Of a stretch of DNA of 64,000 nucleotides, positions 49,845 through 60,114 are shown one piece after another (position 1 is the first letter of the stretch; each line of letters begins with the position of its first letter). The stretch comes from an uncultured Acidobacteriota bacterium (lineage in GTDB: Bacteria; Acidobacteriota; UBA6911; CAINFC01): NCBI GenBank assembly GCA_964617125.1, contig CAZTVS010000001.1, positions 14,296 to 78,295 on the forward strand, in the 5' to 3' direction. The translations under genes and the position numbers were made by a program. The notes beneath the pieces were generated by a model. The model saw nothing but the letters and a program-made list of their open reading frames with translations. It had not been told where the DNA came from and searched no databases.

Positions 49845-52800
49845 ATGAAAAAGTATTTTGCATTCCTTTGCCTTTTCCTGCTCACTTCTGTTTTTCTTCC
49901 GGCCCAGTCTTCTTCCCGGGAGGCCCAATTCATGAGCTATCCGGACATTCATGGGGAGCGTCTGGTCTTCACTTGGGAAGACGATCTCTGGATAGGGACC
50001 ACGGATGGCGGTCCTGCACGTCGAATCACCACTCATCCGGGGGCAGAAATCATGGCCCGTTTCTCGCCGGACGGGAAATGGATCGCATTTTCCGCGGCCT
50101 ATGATCAGATTCAGGATATCTACATCATCCCCAGTGAAGGCGGGGTACCCAGAAGATTGACCTATTTTCCCTCTCCGGTGTGGTGTGTCGGTTGGACTCC
50201 GGATAGTCAGAAAGTCGTATTTCGGAGCAGGTATGGCGTGAGTCCGGTTTCGCGGGACGCGAGGCTGTTCCAGGTGGACCTGAACGGAGGCATTCCGGAT
50301 CCGTTACCTGTGGATCGGGGTGTTTCCTGCAGCTTCTCGGAAGATGGAAAACGATTGATTTACGTACGCAAGGGAATGGAGGATTATTACTGGAAAAGGT
50401 ATAAAGGAGGACGTTATACCGATATCTGGATGGCCGATTTTACGCAAAAGTCCTACACCCCGGTCACCGATTACGTCGGCAAGAATGCCTATCCACTCTG
50501 GATCGGGGATCTTCTCTACTTCGGTTCCGATCGTGGCAAGGACGGCATTACCAACTTGTATTCCTTAAATCTGAAGAACAAGGAGCTGCGCCAGATAACC
50601 CGGCACACCGATTTCGATGTGCTTTGGCCTTCCACGGATAGAAAAAACATCGTGTATGTACAGAACGGGTCCCTGTTTGTCTTGGATCCCAAGAAGGGGA
50701 ACGCAAAGAAAATCTCCTTTATCCTGGCATCTGACGAATGGAAAATGCAGCCTCGTTGGACCCATCCCTCCGCCTATATACAGGACACGGACATCGGGAA
50801 CGATGGAAAGCATATCTTGTTGACCGCCCGTGGGGATCTCTATCACCTGCAGTTGCGCGATCAAGAGACCCGCACACGGGACCTGACCCCTTCGTGCGCC
50901 AGCAGGGAACGATATGGACGGATTTCCCCCGACGGGAAGACCGTGGCTTTTTTTTCCGACCGTAGCGGTGAATACCAGCTCTATTTACAGGATGTATCGG
51001 GTGGGGAATGGAGACCCTTGACCGAGAATCTGGATCGGACCATGTACCATCTGGAGTGGTCCCCCGACGGAAAGAAAATCCTATTCGGCAGTAAGGATTT
51101 TGACCTGTTGGTGGTGGAGGTCGCAGATAAGAAAACGGTAAAAATTGAAGGCAGGCGGTTTCTGGATAACGATGAATTCGTGTGGGAGGTGAGCGATTAT
51201 GCCTGGTCGCCGGACAGCCGTTGGATCGCCTATTCTCTTCCCGGAGAAAATCGAAATAATACCATCTGGCTTTACGACACTCAGAAAAACGAAAAAATCC
51301 AACTGACGGACGAATTTTACGAAAACATGAATCCACGCTGGGATGCAGCGGGTGGTTATCTCTACTTCCTGTCCTATCGTAATTTTCAGATCACTATGGA
51401 CATGTTTGAAGACAACCATATCGTTGGGCATCCGGTACAGGTGATGGCTGTATCTTTACGCGCGGGTGAAAAACCGATGTATGCAAAAAATCATGCCCGG
51501 ATCGGGAAGGATCAGGAAACATCACAGGAGGGAGAAAAAAAGGCAGAGCCTGCTGAAGGAGAACGGTATCGGATAGATATGGACGGAATCCAGAAAAGGA
51601 TCTTTGCCCTTGCGGTCCCGGCAGGGAATTACTTCCATCTGCTGGCCGGGAAAAATTACGTCGGATGGTACTCTGTGGATCGTTTTACCGAGCAGGAATA
51701 TGAGGATATGAACGTCATGCAGGGAGATACCAAATGGGATTTCCATCTCTATTCCATGAAAGAGGATAAAGAAATCCAGCTGGAAGAAAAAATTGCCGGT
51801 GCCCGTGTGTCGGTCAATGGGGAACACCTGCTGATTCAAAAGGGGAAGAATATTTCGGTGATTTCCACCCGGGAAGCCTACCAGACAAAGAAGACGGGTA
51901 AACCGGTCGATTTGTCCGGAATGAATTATCGGGTGGTGCCGCAAGAGGAATGGCTTCAGATCTTTCAGGATGCCTGGCGGTGGTACCGGGATTTCTTCTA
52001 TGACGCGGACATGCACGGGCAAAATTGGAAGGCGATCGGAGAGAAATTCCGATCTGTTCTCAAGAATATACGGTCGCGCGAGCAACTGAATTGGCTTCTC
52101 TCGGAGATGGTCGGGGAATTGTGTGTATCTCATACCTATGTTTCGGGCGGGGAGACCTATCCGCCGGTTTCCCAGGAACAAGTCAAATTCACGGGGCTTC
52201 TGGGCGCCGATCTCGTCTCCGACACCTCCAGCGGACTGTACCGCTTTGCTCGAATCTATGGACCGACTGACTATTTCAGCCAGGTGGAAACTCCACTGGT
52301 GCGGCCGGATATACGATTGCGTGAGGGAGACTACCTGCTGGCGATCAATGGAAGAGAAATCAGGGCCGGAGAGAATTATTATCGGGATCTGCAGGTCGGA
52401 AAAGAGGAGTATATTCAAATCACGGTCAATGACCGCCCTGATAAAGAAGGAGCGTTGACCTATGAGGTGAAACCGCTAAGGTCCGATCGAAATGCCCGTT
52501 ACGCCCGATGGGTCTCGGACAATATCGACAAAGTGGCCGCCGCTTCCAACGGCAAGATGGGCTATATGCACATCACAGCCATGGGTGGGGACGGGATCAT
52601 GCAGTTTGACAAGTTTTGGCGGGCCTTCCGCTACAAGGACGGAATTATCATCGATGTTCGTGGCAATGGTGGAGGGTGGACCGAGTACTTTCTAATTGAC
52701 AAGTTGGAACGACGCCAGGTGGCCTACAATGTTCTGAAGGGTATGGCACCCTATCGCTATCCGAACTCCGCCTCCAGGGCCCATTATGTGTTGATATCCA

Positions 52801-53150
52801 ATGAGGACAACGGATCCGATGGAGAGGCCTTTGTGGAGCATTTCAAGGCGCGCAAGCTGGGGACGGTCGTTGGAGTGCCTTCCTGGGGAGGCTTGGTCGG
52901 TATTGTCAATGCCCAGCGGACTGTGGATAACGGTATTGTACAGCAATCTAACAATGCCTTTTTCGGCAGGGAAGGAAAATGGCTGGTGGAAAATCATGGC
53001 GCCGACCCGGATATTTTGCAGGATAATGATCCGGCATCCGTCCTGTTGGGCAAGGATCTGCAATTGGAAAAGGCCATCGAAACCGCAAAGAAAAAAATAG
53101 CGGAGGAGCCCTGGAGTTTCCCCCAACGGCCGGCGTATCCGAAGAGGTAA
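49845..53150 (+). CDS. Tricorn protease (S41 family), exported
   Basis: Signal peptide; PD40/beta-propeller repeats (FSPDGK, WSPDG), SHTY His, PDZ, DVRGNGGG, GSDGE catalytic Ser, WGG. Confidence 0.95.
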   Translation: MKKYFAFLCLFLLTSVFLPAQSSSREAQFMSYPDIHGERLVFTWEDDLWIGTTDGGPARRITTHPGAEIMARFSPDGKWIAFSAAYDQIQDIYIIPSEGGVPRRLTYFPSPVWCVGWTPDSQKVVFRSRYGVSPVSRDARLFQVDLNGGIPDPLPVDRGVSCSFSEDGKRLIYVRKGMEDYYWKRYKGGRYTDIWMADFTQKSYTPVTDYVGKNAYPLWIGDLLYFGSDRGKDGITNLYSLNLKNKELRQITRHTDFDVLWPSTDRKNIVYVQNGSLFVLDPKKGNAKKISFILASDEWKMQPRWTHPSAYIQDTDIGNDGKHILLTARGDLYHLQLRDQETRTRDLTPSCASRERYGRISPDGKTVAFFSDRSGEYQLYLQDVSGGEWRPLTENLDRTMYHLEWSPDGKKILFGSKDFDLLVVEVADKKTVKIEGRRFLDNDEFVWEVSDYAWSPDSRWIAYSLPGENRNNTIWLYDTQKNEKIQLTDEFYENMNPRWDAAGGYLYFLSYRNFQITMDMFEDNHIVGHPVQVMAVSLRAGEKPMYAKNHARIGKDQETSQEGEKKAEPAEGERYRIDMDGIQKRIFALAVPAGNYFHLLAGKNYVGWYSVDRFTEQEYEDMNVMQGDTKWDFHLYSMKEDKEIQLEEKIAGARVSVNGEHLLIQKGKNISVISTREAYQTKKTGKPVDLSGMNYRVVPQEEWLQIFQDAWRWYRDFFYDADMHGQNWKAIGEKFRSVLKNIRSREQLNWLLSEMVGELCVSHTYVSGGETYPPVSQEQVKFTGLLGADLVSDTSSGLYRFARIYGPTDYFSQVETPLVRPDIRLREGDYLLAINGREIRAGENYYRDLQVGKEEYIQITVNDRPDKEGALTYEVKPLRSDRNARYARWVSDNIDKVAAASNGKMGYMHITAMGGDGIMQFDKFWRAFRYKDGIIIDVRGNGGGWTEYFLIDKLERRQVAYNVLKGMAPYRYPNSASRAHYVLISNEDNGSDGEAFVEHFKARKLGTVVGVPSWGGLVGIVNAQRTVDNGIVQQSNNAFFGREGKWLVENHGADPDILQDNDPASVLLGKDLQLEKAIETAKKKIAEEPWSFPQRPAYPKR

Positions 53151-53195
53151 AGTATCTTGGCTATTTTGCGAATCTGCCAAACCTCTTGACCCGGA

Positions 53196-54053
53196 ATGTT
53201 GCCAAAGAGATTCGAATCATTTTTTCCTAGGAGCCATGTGAATAAAAATCGTATTGTATGGACTATTGCCGTTCTCCTGACGATCTTTCTGGTGATCTGG
53301 CAAAGGAGAACGGGGCCGACATACCCCCTCCGGGGAGAATTGGAATTGGGCGGTAAAAACTATTCCTATAGCCTTCCCCGCAGCCATGCGGAGCCGTCTC
53401 CGTGTCCGGTACGCCTGCAGAATTTCCAGGAAAACCATATACAAGCCGTGTTGGTTTTCAGACGGGTAGGTGTGGAAGAACCATGGACCCGTGTCTCTAT
53501 GCTTCCTTCGGCGGAAGGACTGCTGGCTGAAATTCCCTTACAGCCAAAAGCCGGAAAAGTCGCCTACTTCATCGAGGTGGAGCAATCGGGAAGAAAACAT
53601 AGTGTTGGCGATGAACGGAATCCGGTGGTTGTCCGGTTCCGGGGCAGTGTACCTGTGTGGATTGTCTTGCCTCATATTTTGTGCATTTTCCTTGCCTTCC
53701 TTTATGCTCTAGTAGCCGGACTGAAAGCCTCCTTGGGCCTGGAGGGATATCTGTCTGCCGCCCGAATCGGTATACTTTTCTTGTTCCTCGGCGGATTTCT
53801 TTTTGGCCCTTGGATGCAGAAATATGCCTTCGACGTTTATTGGGCCGGTTTTCCCAGTGGCCAGGATTTGACGGATAACAAGACCCTAATCGCCCTTCTT
53901 GGATGGATCGTTGCTCTGGCCATGAATCACAGGAAACCGCGGCCGATATGGATTGTTTCTGCCGCCTTGTTGATGCTTCTGGTGTTTTTAATTCCGCACA
54001 GCACATTCGGTTCCACTCTGGATTATTCCACCATGCAGGTGAAAACCGGGTGA
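53196..54053 (+). CDS. Conserved-looking hypothetical membrane protein (TM, soluble beta domain, 4 TM)
   Basis: QRRTGPTYP after first TM; C-terminal helices with QKYAF, GFP.G.DLTDNKTL, IPHS; start uncertain. Confidence 0.6.
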   Translation: MLPKRFESFFPRSHVNKNRIVWTIAVLLTIFLVIWQRRTGPTYPLRGELELGGKNYSYSLPRSHAEPSPCPVRLQNFQENHIQAVLVFRRVGVEEPWTRVSMLPSAEGLLAEIPLQPKAGKVAYFIEVEQSGRKHSVGDERNPVVVRFRGSVPVWIVLPHILCIFLAFLYALVAGLKASLGLEGYLSAARIGILFLFLGGFLFGPWMQKYAFDVYWAGFPSGQDLTDNKTLIALLGWIVALAMNHRKPRPIWIVSAALLMLLVFLIPHSTFGSTLDYSTMQVKTG

Positions 54054-54145
54054 AGAAAAGAAACGGTCAGGAAGGGTGGATTAAGGTATAATCATGCCCT
54101 TCATGAAACGTCGCAATACCAATTTTGCAATGGGAAAAGACTGTT

Positions 54146-55690
54146 ATGTCGATCAGAAAAAAGATATATGATTTTTTTAGCAGGGTAGAGAAAATTAAAG
54201 ATGGCGGGGGGCAGCAGGCCAGGGAAAAGCAGGCTGCTCAGGGCAAGATGACTGCCCGCGAACGGATTCGCACTCTGCTGGATGCAGATTCCTTCCACGA
54301 ATATGATCTTTTCGTTGAACACAAGGCAAAAGATTTCGGAATGGAGAAAAAGCAGCTGCCCGGTGATGGTGTAGTTACAGGTACAGGAAAGATTGGCGGA
54401 GCTCCGGTAGGGATCTTTGCCCAGGATTTTACGGTTGCCGGAGGTTCGCTGGGTCTGGCCCATGCACGTAAGATCACCAAGATCATGGATCATGCCATGA
54501 AGATGGGCATACCTCTCATCGGGATCAACGATTCCGGAGGAGCCCGCATCCAGGAGGGGGTCAACTCTCTTGCGGGATATGGCGAGATCTTTTATCGCAA
54601 TACGCTGGCATCCGGTGTCATTCCCCAGATATCCGTGATTCTGGGCCCATGTGCCGGAGGAGCGGTCTATTCGCCGGCACTTACCGATTTCGTTTTTGTC
54701 GTTGACAAGATCTCCAAAATGTTCATTACCGGTCCGGAAGTGATCAAGACCGTACTGGGAGAAGAGATATCGATGGAAGATTTAGGCGGAGCCCGGGCTC
54801 ATACCGAGATCTCCGGCAACGCCCATTTTTTCGCAAAAAGCGAAATGGAGTGTTTTGATCAGATTAAAAAGCTGATTACCTTCATCCCCTGGTGCAATAC
54901 CAGAAAAGCTCTTTCTGTACCATCACTGCCTCCGCGGCAGGAGTATGAGGTGGAAAAGATCATACCCTCCGACGCTAAACAGCCATATGACGTGCGGAAT
55001 ATTATACGCGCCATATGCGACGACTCCGATTTTTTCGAGGTGCAACAAAATTTTGCCGCCAATGTCATTGTTGGATTTTCCCGTCTCAAAGGGGAAACGG
55101 TAGGCGTGGTAGCCAATCAACCGATGGTATTGGCCGGCGTCCTGGATGTGGACTCCTCCGATAAAGCCGCCCGCTTCATCCGTTACTGCGATGCCTTCAA
55201 CATTCCCCTGATCACATTTGTCGATCTGCCGGGATATCTGCCCGGCGTCGATCAGGAACATGCCGGGGTGATCCGTCACGGAGCCAAAGTTTTATACGCC
55301 TATAGCGAGGCCAGTGTCCCCAAGATTACGGTGATCCTTCGCAAGGCATATGGAGGAGGATACATCGCCATGTGCTCCCGCCATTTGGGCGCGGATTTTG
55401 TTTTTGCCTGGCCGACAGCGGAAATCGCCGTGATGGGTCCGGAAGGAGCGGCCAATATCATTTTCCGTAATGAGATCGTGACGGCCAAAGATCCGGAGGC
55501 TGTACGCAAAGAAAAAGTATTGGAATATACGGAGAAATTTGCCAATCCATACATCGCCGCCGCCAACGGACATATTGACGCTGTGATCAGCCCCCAGGAG
55601 ACGCGTGACTTCCTGATTCATGCCTTAGAGGTGTCGACCCATAAAGCCGAGACGCGTCCTACGAAAAAGCATGGAATCCCGCCATTTTGA
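54146..55690 (+). CDS. Acyl-CoA carboxylase/decarboxylase carboxyltransferase subunit (PccB/MmdA-like)
   Basis: GKMTARERI, DSGGARIQEG, GPCAGGAVYSPA, RKAYGGGY, KKHGIPPF. Confidence 0.95.
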   Translation: MSIRKKIYDFFSRVEKIKDGGGQQAREKQAAQGKMTARERIRTLLDADSFHEYDLFVEHKAKDFGMEKKQLPGDGVVTGTGKIGGAPVGIFAQDFTVAGGSLGLAHARKITKIMDHAMKMGIPLIGINDSGGARIQEGVNSLAGYGEIFYRNTLASGVIPQISVILGPCAGGAVYSPALTDFVFVVDKISKMFITGPEVIKTVLGEEISMEDLGGARAHTEISGNAHFFAKSEMECFDQIKKLITFIPWCNTRKALSVPSLPPRQEYEVEKIIPSDAKQPYDVRNIIRAICDDSDFFEVQQNFAANVIVGFSRLKGETVGVVANQPMVLAGVLDVDSSDKAARFIRYCDAFNIPLITFVDLPGYLPGVDQEHAGVIRHGAKVLYAYSEASVPKITVILRKAYGGGYIAMCSRHLGADFVFAWPTAEIAVMGPEGAANIIFRNEIVTAKDPEAVRKEKVLEYTEKFANPYIAAANGHIDAVISPQETRDFLIHALEVSTHKAETRPTKKHGIPPF

Positions 55691-55700
55691 GAGAGGTGTT

Positions 55701-56021
55701 ATGATCGATACCGGCAAATTTATTCAATTGGAAGTGGACGATGCTCCTTATCAAACCTTCACCACTTGCAAATTTGAAAAACGGAAAAGTTACGTTAAGA
55801 AGGATCCGAAGAAAATCAGCGCCTTCATTCCAGGAGTCGTGCTTCAGATTTGCTGTGAGGCAGGTCAAACCATAAGACAGGGCGAAACGCTGTTGGTCTT
55901 GGAAGCCATGAAGATGAGAAATGCCATTCTCGCGCCTGTCAACGGGACGGTGCGGGGAATATTCGTAAAAGCCGGAGATAAGGTGTCCAAGGGGAAATTG
56001 TTGCTGGAATTGAAGGGATGA
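55701..56021 (+). CDS. Biotin carboxyl carrier protein
   Basis: LEAMKM biotinylation motif, IPG.V, G.V..I.V..GD.V. Confidence 0.92.
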   Translation: MIDTGKFIQLEVDDAPYQTFTTCKFEKRKSYVKKDPKKISAFIPGVVLQICCEAGQTIRQGETLLVLEAMKMRNAILAPVNGTVRGIFVKAGDKVSKGKLLLELKG

Positions 56022-56041
56022 CCCGTCGGCAGTAAAACAAA

Positions 56042-57298
56042 TCATCCCTCCAGGCGGAAGCGCATCTTCAATATGCGTCTTCCGTCGGATTCCAGGATGT
56101 CCACCACAAAATTCTTGAAGGGGAACTGTTCTTCCGCTTTGGGAACATGTCCCAGTTGATGCACCATCAACCCGGATACGGTGGCAAAATCGTTGACTTC
56201 CATATCCAGATGCAGGCGTTCATTCAGCAGGTTGGGCGCAGCATCTCCACGAACGGTAAAAATTCCACATCCTTCCTCACGGATGCTCTCCTCGGAATGA
56301 TCGTCTTCATCCCGAATTTCGCCGACGATCTCTTGCAGGAGGTCGGAGATGGTTACCAGTCCGGCAATCCCGCCAAATTCGTCGAATACGATAGCCATAG
56401 GAATCTTCTGGGCTTGAAGTTCCTTGAGCAGTTCGTGCACCTTTTTCGTTTCGGGGACAAAGGGAAGGGGAGTGATATGATCCTTGACCGGTGTTTCATA
56501 CCCATTGCCTTCGGAAAAAGCCAGAGTCTGGCGAATGTTTACCATTCCCAGGAGATTGTCGATCTGACCGCTGTAGATCAGGATCCGTGTATGCTTGGTC
56601 TTGAGCATTAGCTCACGGACCTCTCCGAAGGTGCTGGTGTCAGGTAAGGCACAAATTTCGATCCTGGGTGTCATGACCGTGTGCACCAGAGTGTTGCCAA
56701 ACTCCACCACGGATTGAATCATTTCGCTGTCATGCTCTTCCAGAATTCCTTGTTCTTCTCCCACGTCGAGGTATGCCTGGATTTCTTCTTCCGAGGCGGC
56801 CTCTTCTTCCCCATTTCTTTCTTCATTTTTTTCCCGGATACTGGAACGTTCCCAGGAGGTCAGGAGAGGCCAAAGGAAGGGACGCATCAAGAAAAAAAAG
56901 GATTTCAAAATCGGTAGAAGAACCAGTAGAAACTGTTCCGGCAAACGAAAAACCAGAAAGTGGGGAAGAATATGGCGGACCAGAAACACAATCAGGCCGG
57001 TGGTGACAAAAGACCAAAAAAGAGCGAAATTCTGCAGATGCTGCAGGGAATAATAGGTGGTCAAAATGGCAATCACCACGATGACGAATTGAGAACCGAT
57101 ACGCAAATGCAGCTGAACCCGCAAGGGATTGTCGGCAAGTTTTTTCAGCATGGTTTCCTGTCGGTGTCTTTCCTGTTCGGCGAGTACTTTCAACTGAACC
57201 GGAGTCAGGTGGGAAATGGCCGCATCTACCAGAGACAGGAAAAACAGCAGCAGGATCAACAAAAAGAGAAAAAGGATAAGAAGAGATAAATGTTCCAC
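56042..57298 (-). CDS. CNNM/hemolysin (DUF21-CBS-CorC) family protein
   Basis: N-terminal TMs, VMTPR, FVPETK, VFDEFGG..GLVT..D...IVGEI.DE, CorC domain. Confidence 0.92.
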   Translation of the reverse strand: MEHLSLLILFLFLLILLLFFLSLVDAAISHLTPVQLKVLAEQERHRQETMLKKLADNPLRVQLHLRIGSQFVIVVIAILTTYYSLQHLQNFALFWSFVTTGLIVFLVRHILPHFLVFRLPEQFLLVLLPILKSFFFLMRPFLWPLLTSWERSSIREKNEERNGEEEAASEEEIQAYLDVGEEQGILEEHDSEMIQSVVEFGNTLVHTVMTPRIEICALPDTSTFGEVRELMLKTKHTRILIYSGQIDNLLGMVNIRQTLAFSEGNGYETPVKDHITPLPFVPETKKVHELLKELQAQKIPMAIVFDEFGGIAGLVTISDLLQEIVGEIRDEDDHSEESIREEGCGIFTVRGDAAPNLLNERLHLDMEVNDFATVSGLMVHQLGHVPKAEEQFPFKNFVVDILESDGRRILKMRFRLEG

Positions 57299-57300
57299 GG

Positions 57301-57717
57301 CTATTCCATAAGAGAGACGACAGATCGGAGATGATATTCCAGACGACGCATCTGGCCCTGGTCCGTATCATGATCGTGCCCGGCGAGATGCAGTATCCCA
57401 TGGAGCACCAGCCAGCCGATTTCCTTTTGTACGGAATGTTTCTCTTGCCGGGCATTTCTTGCCGCATCGGGCAGAGAGATGACGATATCGCCCAGATGTC
57501 CGGGAAGACCGCTGCCGTCGAAGGAGAGGACATCGGTGGAACGATCGACGCCGCGATATCGGCGGTTCAGGCTTCTCATCCGGTGTTCTCCAATAAAAAC
57601 CAGGGAGAGGGATTGAGGCGTAATTTTGAGTCGGAGCGTGAGATCCTTCACCATACGGCGAAGACGGGTCTCCGGCAAACTGTATTTTCTTTGATGATTC
57701 TGTATGTCGATTTCCAT
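57301..57717 (-). CDS. ybeY: rRNA maturation endoribonuclease YbeY
   Basis: LN..YRG.D.STDVLSF, LGDIVIS, HGILHLAGHDH. Confidence 0.96.
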   Translation of the reverse strand: MEIDIQNHQRKYSLPETRLRRMVKDLTLRLKITPQSLSLVFIGEHRMRSLNRRYRGVDRSTDVLSFDGSGLPGHLGDIVISLPDAARNARQEKHSVQKEIGWLVLHGILHLAGHDHDTDQGQMRRLEYHLRSVVSLME

Positions 57718-57722
57718 GGATA

Positions 57723-60059
57723 TTATGAAGACGAATTCTGTTTCATATCGTTGCTTCCTTGAAAATTATAACCGGGATATTCGATGCGATGGTGAAACAT
57801 ACCGCAGAGTACCTTCAGGAGGCTTTCTTCTATTAATTTTAAATCCTTCATGGTAATGTCACATTCATCGAGCTGTTCATCTTCGATCACGGAATGTAGG
57901 ATGCGTTGAATCATTCCTTGAATCTGGGCAATCGTCGGATCCTCCAGAGTCCGGGATGCGGCCTCCACCGAGTCCACGATCATCAGGATAGCGGCCTCTT
58001 TCGTCTGGGGTTTGGGGCCGGGATAACGAAAGGAATCCTCATGGATATCCTGTTCCTGGGTTCTGGGATCCGATTTGGCCTTCTGTAAAAAGTAGGACAT
58101 AATCCGGGTGCCGTGGTGTTGCGGAATCATGTCGAGTATCGGTTGTGGGATCCTCATGGACTGCGCCATTTCCAGTCCTTCCTTGACATGACTGGTCAAA
58201 ACCATGCGGCTTAGATGTGGCGACAGGTTTCCATGTTTATTGGAGGTATACACCTGGTTTTCAACAAAGTATTCGGATTTGCCAACTTTGCCGATGTCGT
58301 GATAATAGGCACCAACCCTCACCAATAAAGGGTTGGCGCCAATCGCCTCTGCGGCGGCCTCGCCCAGCGTACCCACGGAAATACTATGATGATAGGTTCC
58401 CGGTGCATCCAGCGCCAGCCGGCGCAGCAACGGATTTTGCAGATTGGCCAGTTCCAGAAGTCGGAGATCGGTGGTGATATGGAAAATGGTTTCCAGGGCC
58501 GGAAGCAGCATCGATGCCAGCATGCAGGCAAAAAGACCGCTGAACAAGCCTCCGATACTCCTGACCATCAGGACATAAACCTGGTCATGCTGAGCTTGGA
58601 CCAGGAACAGGCCGAAGGCCGTCATCGCATTGACGATTCCGATGCTCAAACCGAGTCTTAAAATGGCCGTACGCTCCTTATACTTTCGGATACCGAAAAC
58701 GGCCGTCAGCCCACCGAAGATGGAAAAAACAGATAGGGTGATGTCATCGGTCGGTATGCCTATGAAAATGGAGAAAGACAACAGGAAAAAGAGCGCGATA
58801 TTGGTATCTGCCAGCAGGCTGATGAGAATGGCGCCAAAAGAAAACGGTATGGCAAAGTACAGGTCCGTCGGCTCCTGAAAAAATTGGATATTGGTCCGTT
58901 CACTGAGAATGCCGCAGAGATTGAAAAGAATTCGACTCAGAAAGAGGGAAGAAAGCAGGGTGATCCAAAAAAGCAGGAAATTGGTGCGGAATTTCTTTCC
59001 GTTTTTATAGAAATGGCGTGTGTATCTCCAGGAAACGTAGAGATACATGGTGATCAGAACAAATAAGCCGGTAAGTTGGGCTGCTATTTCCTGGGGTTGG
59101 TCGCGCTTCCTAATTTCCTGAATGGCCAGAAGGTCTACGGGTGAAATCTCATCGCCTTGCCGGACGATGATCCTTCCTCTCTTGAAATGATGGGAAATGG
59201 TTTCCACTTTCTGTGCGGCGTTCAGGCGACGTTTATCGGTTTCATCGGAATCGAAAAGGATATTGGGTTGAAGGTAGCGGTCCAGAAACTCCGAAAGTCC
59301 GTGTCGTTCCTCCGGGGTTAGGTGCACCAGTTCGGATAAGCGTTGACGGAGTTCGGAGCGTACCTGCCGGAAATTATGGAGAGAGCGGAGGTCACGGACC
59401 AATATTTCTTCACGATTGTCGGCCCGAATGAGAATGGCGCCGTTATTTTGTATGGCGGCAGACTGATCCCGCTCCTCGATCATTCCATTTTGCATCACTT
59501 CGATAAGGATTCCCGCCAGGTCCGATTCCAGATTTTCAGCAAAGCGTCGGTGAAAAAAAAGCAACAAAGAGGATGTCGGGATCTGACGAGGGGAAAAATC
59601 GGAGACTACCAGACTCCAGAGTGCCCGGTGACGAACTTCATCGAGGGCGGCAGGAAGTTGGGTGCGTTTGTTTTCTTCATATTGCCGCAAAAGAGATCGG
59701 CCTTGGGAAAAAAGAAGATGAAGCTCGTTGGCTGCGGCGGTAACGGAAGTCGTGTCCCAGCGGAAGATGGCAGGAACGGAAGAAATGGATTCCGCCCGTT
59801 TCTTTTCTGTCGCCGTCGGGTCGGAGATGGTGATTTCCTGTGTGGCCCGAATGTCCGTCTCGACAATGTCGCCGACTTTATACTCCTTGATCGATTGAAA
59901 ACGACCGGTGACAATGATCGCCGAAAGCAGAAAAGAAAATAGAATTCCGGTGAGAAGTTCTTTCCAGGTAAGAGAACAGAGCAGATTGTCCAGTGCTCCG
60001 CTGAGATAATGATAGGAGCGCAGAGCGAAGGAAGTTCCATTTCGATTAGAAGGCGTCAT
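57723..60059 (-). CDS. 7TM-HD (HDIG) phosphohydrolase, PgpH-like cyclic dinucleotide phosphodiesterase candidate
   Basis: N-terminal TM, 7TMR-HDED extracellular domain, 7 TMs, APGTYHHS, YHDIGK, QHHGT, FRYPGPKP, DSVEAA; start codon uncertain. Confidence 0.9.
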   Translation of the reverse strand: MTPSNRNGTSFALRSYHYLSGALDNLLCSLTWKELLTGILFSFLLSAIIVTGRFQSIKEYKVGDIVETDIRATQEITISDPTATEKKRAESISSVPAIFRWDTTSVTAAANELHLLFSQGRSLLRQYEENKRTQLPAALDEVRHRALWSLVVSDFSPRQIPTSSLLLFFHRRFAENLESDLAGILIEVMQNGMIEERDQSAAIQNNGAILIRADNREEILVRDLRSLHNFRQVRSELRQRLSELVHLTPEERHGLSEFLDRYLQPNILFDSDETDKRRLNAAQKVETISHHFKRGRIIVRQGDEISPVDLLAIQEIRKRDQPQEIAAQLTGLFVLITMYLYVSWRYTRHFYKNGKKFRTNFLLFWITLLSSLFLSRILFNLCGILSERTNIQFFQEPTDLYFAIPFSFGAILISLLADTNIALFFLLSFSIFIGIPTDDITLSVFSIFGGLTAVFGIRKYKERTAILRLGLSIGIVNAMTAFGLFLVQAQHDQVYVLMVRSIGGLFSGLFACMLASMLLPALETIFHITTDLRLLELANLQNPLLRRLALDAPGTYHHSISVGTLGEAAAEAIGANPLLVRVGAYYHDIGKVGKSEYFVENQVYTSNKHGNLSPHLSRMVLTSHVKEGLEMAQSMRIPQPILDMIPQHHGTRIMSYFLQKAKSDPRTQEQDIHEDSFRYPGPKPQTKEAAILMIVDSVEAASRTLEDPTIAQIQGMIQRILHSVIEDEQLDECDITMKDLKLIEESLLKVLCGMFHHRIEYPGYNFQGSNDMKQNSSS

Positions 60060-60062
60060 AAC

Positions 60063-60114
60063 AAAAAAAACGTCTCGCACGGAATTTCAGGATTGGAAAA
60101 TCCGCAGCGAGACG
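60063..60114 (-). terminator. Intrinsic terminator / possible attenuator immediately upstream of the 7TM-HD gene
   Basis: Minus strand CGTCTCGC-T-GCGGATTTTC...GAAATTCCGT-GCGAGACG followed by T8. Confidence 0.7.
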
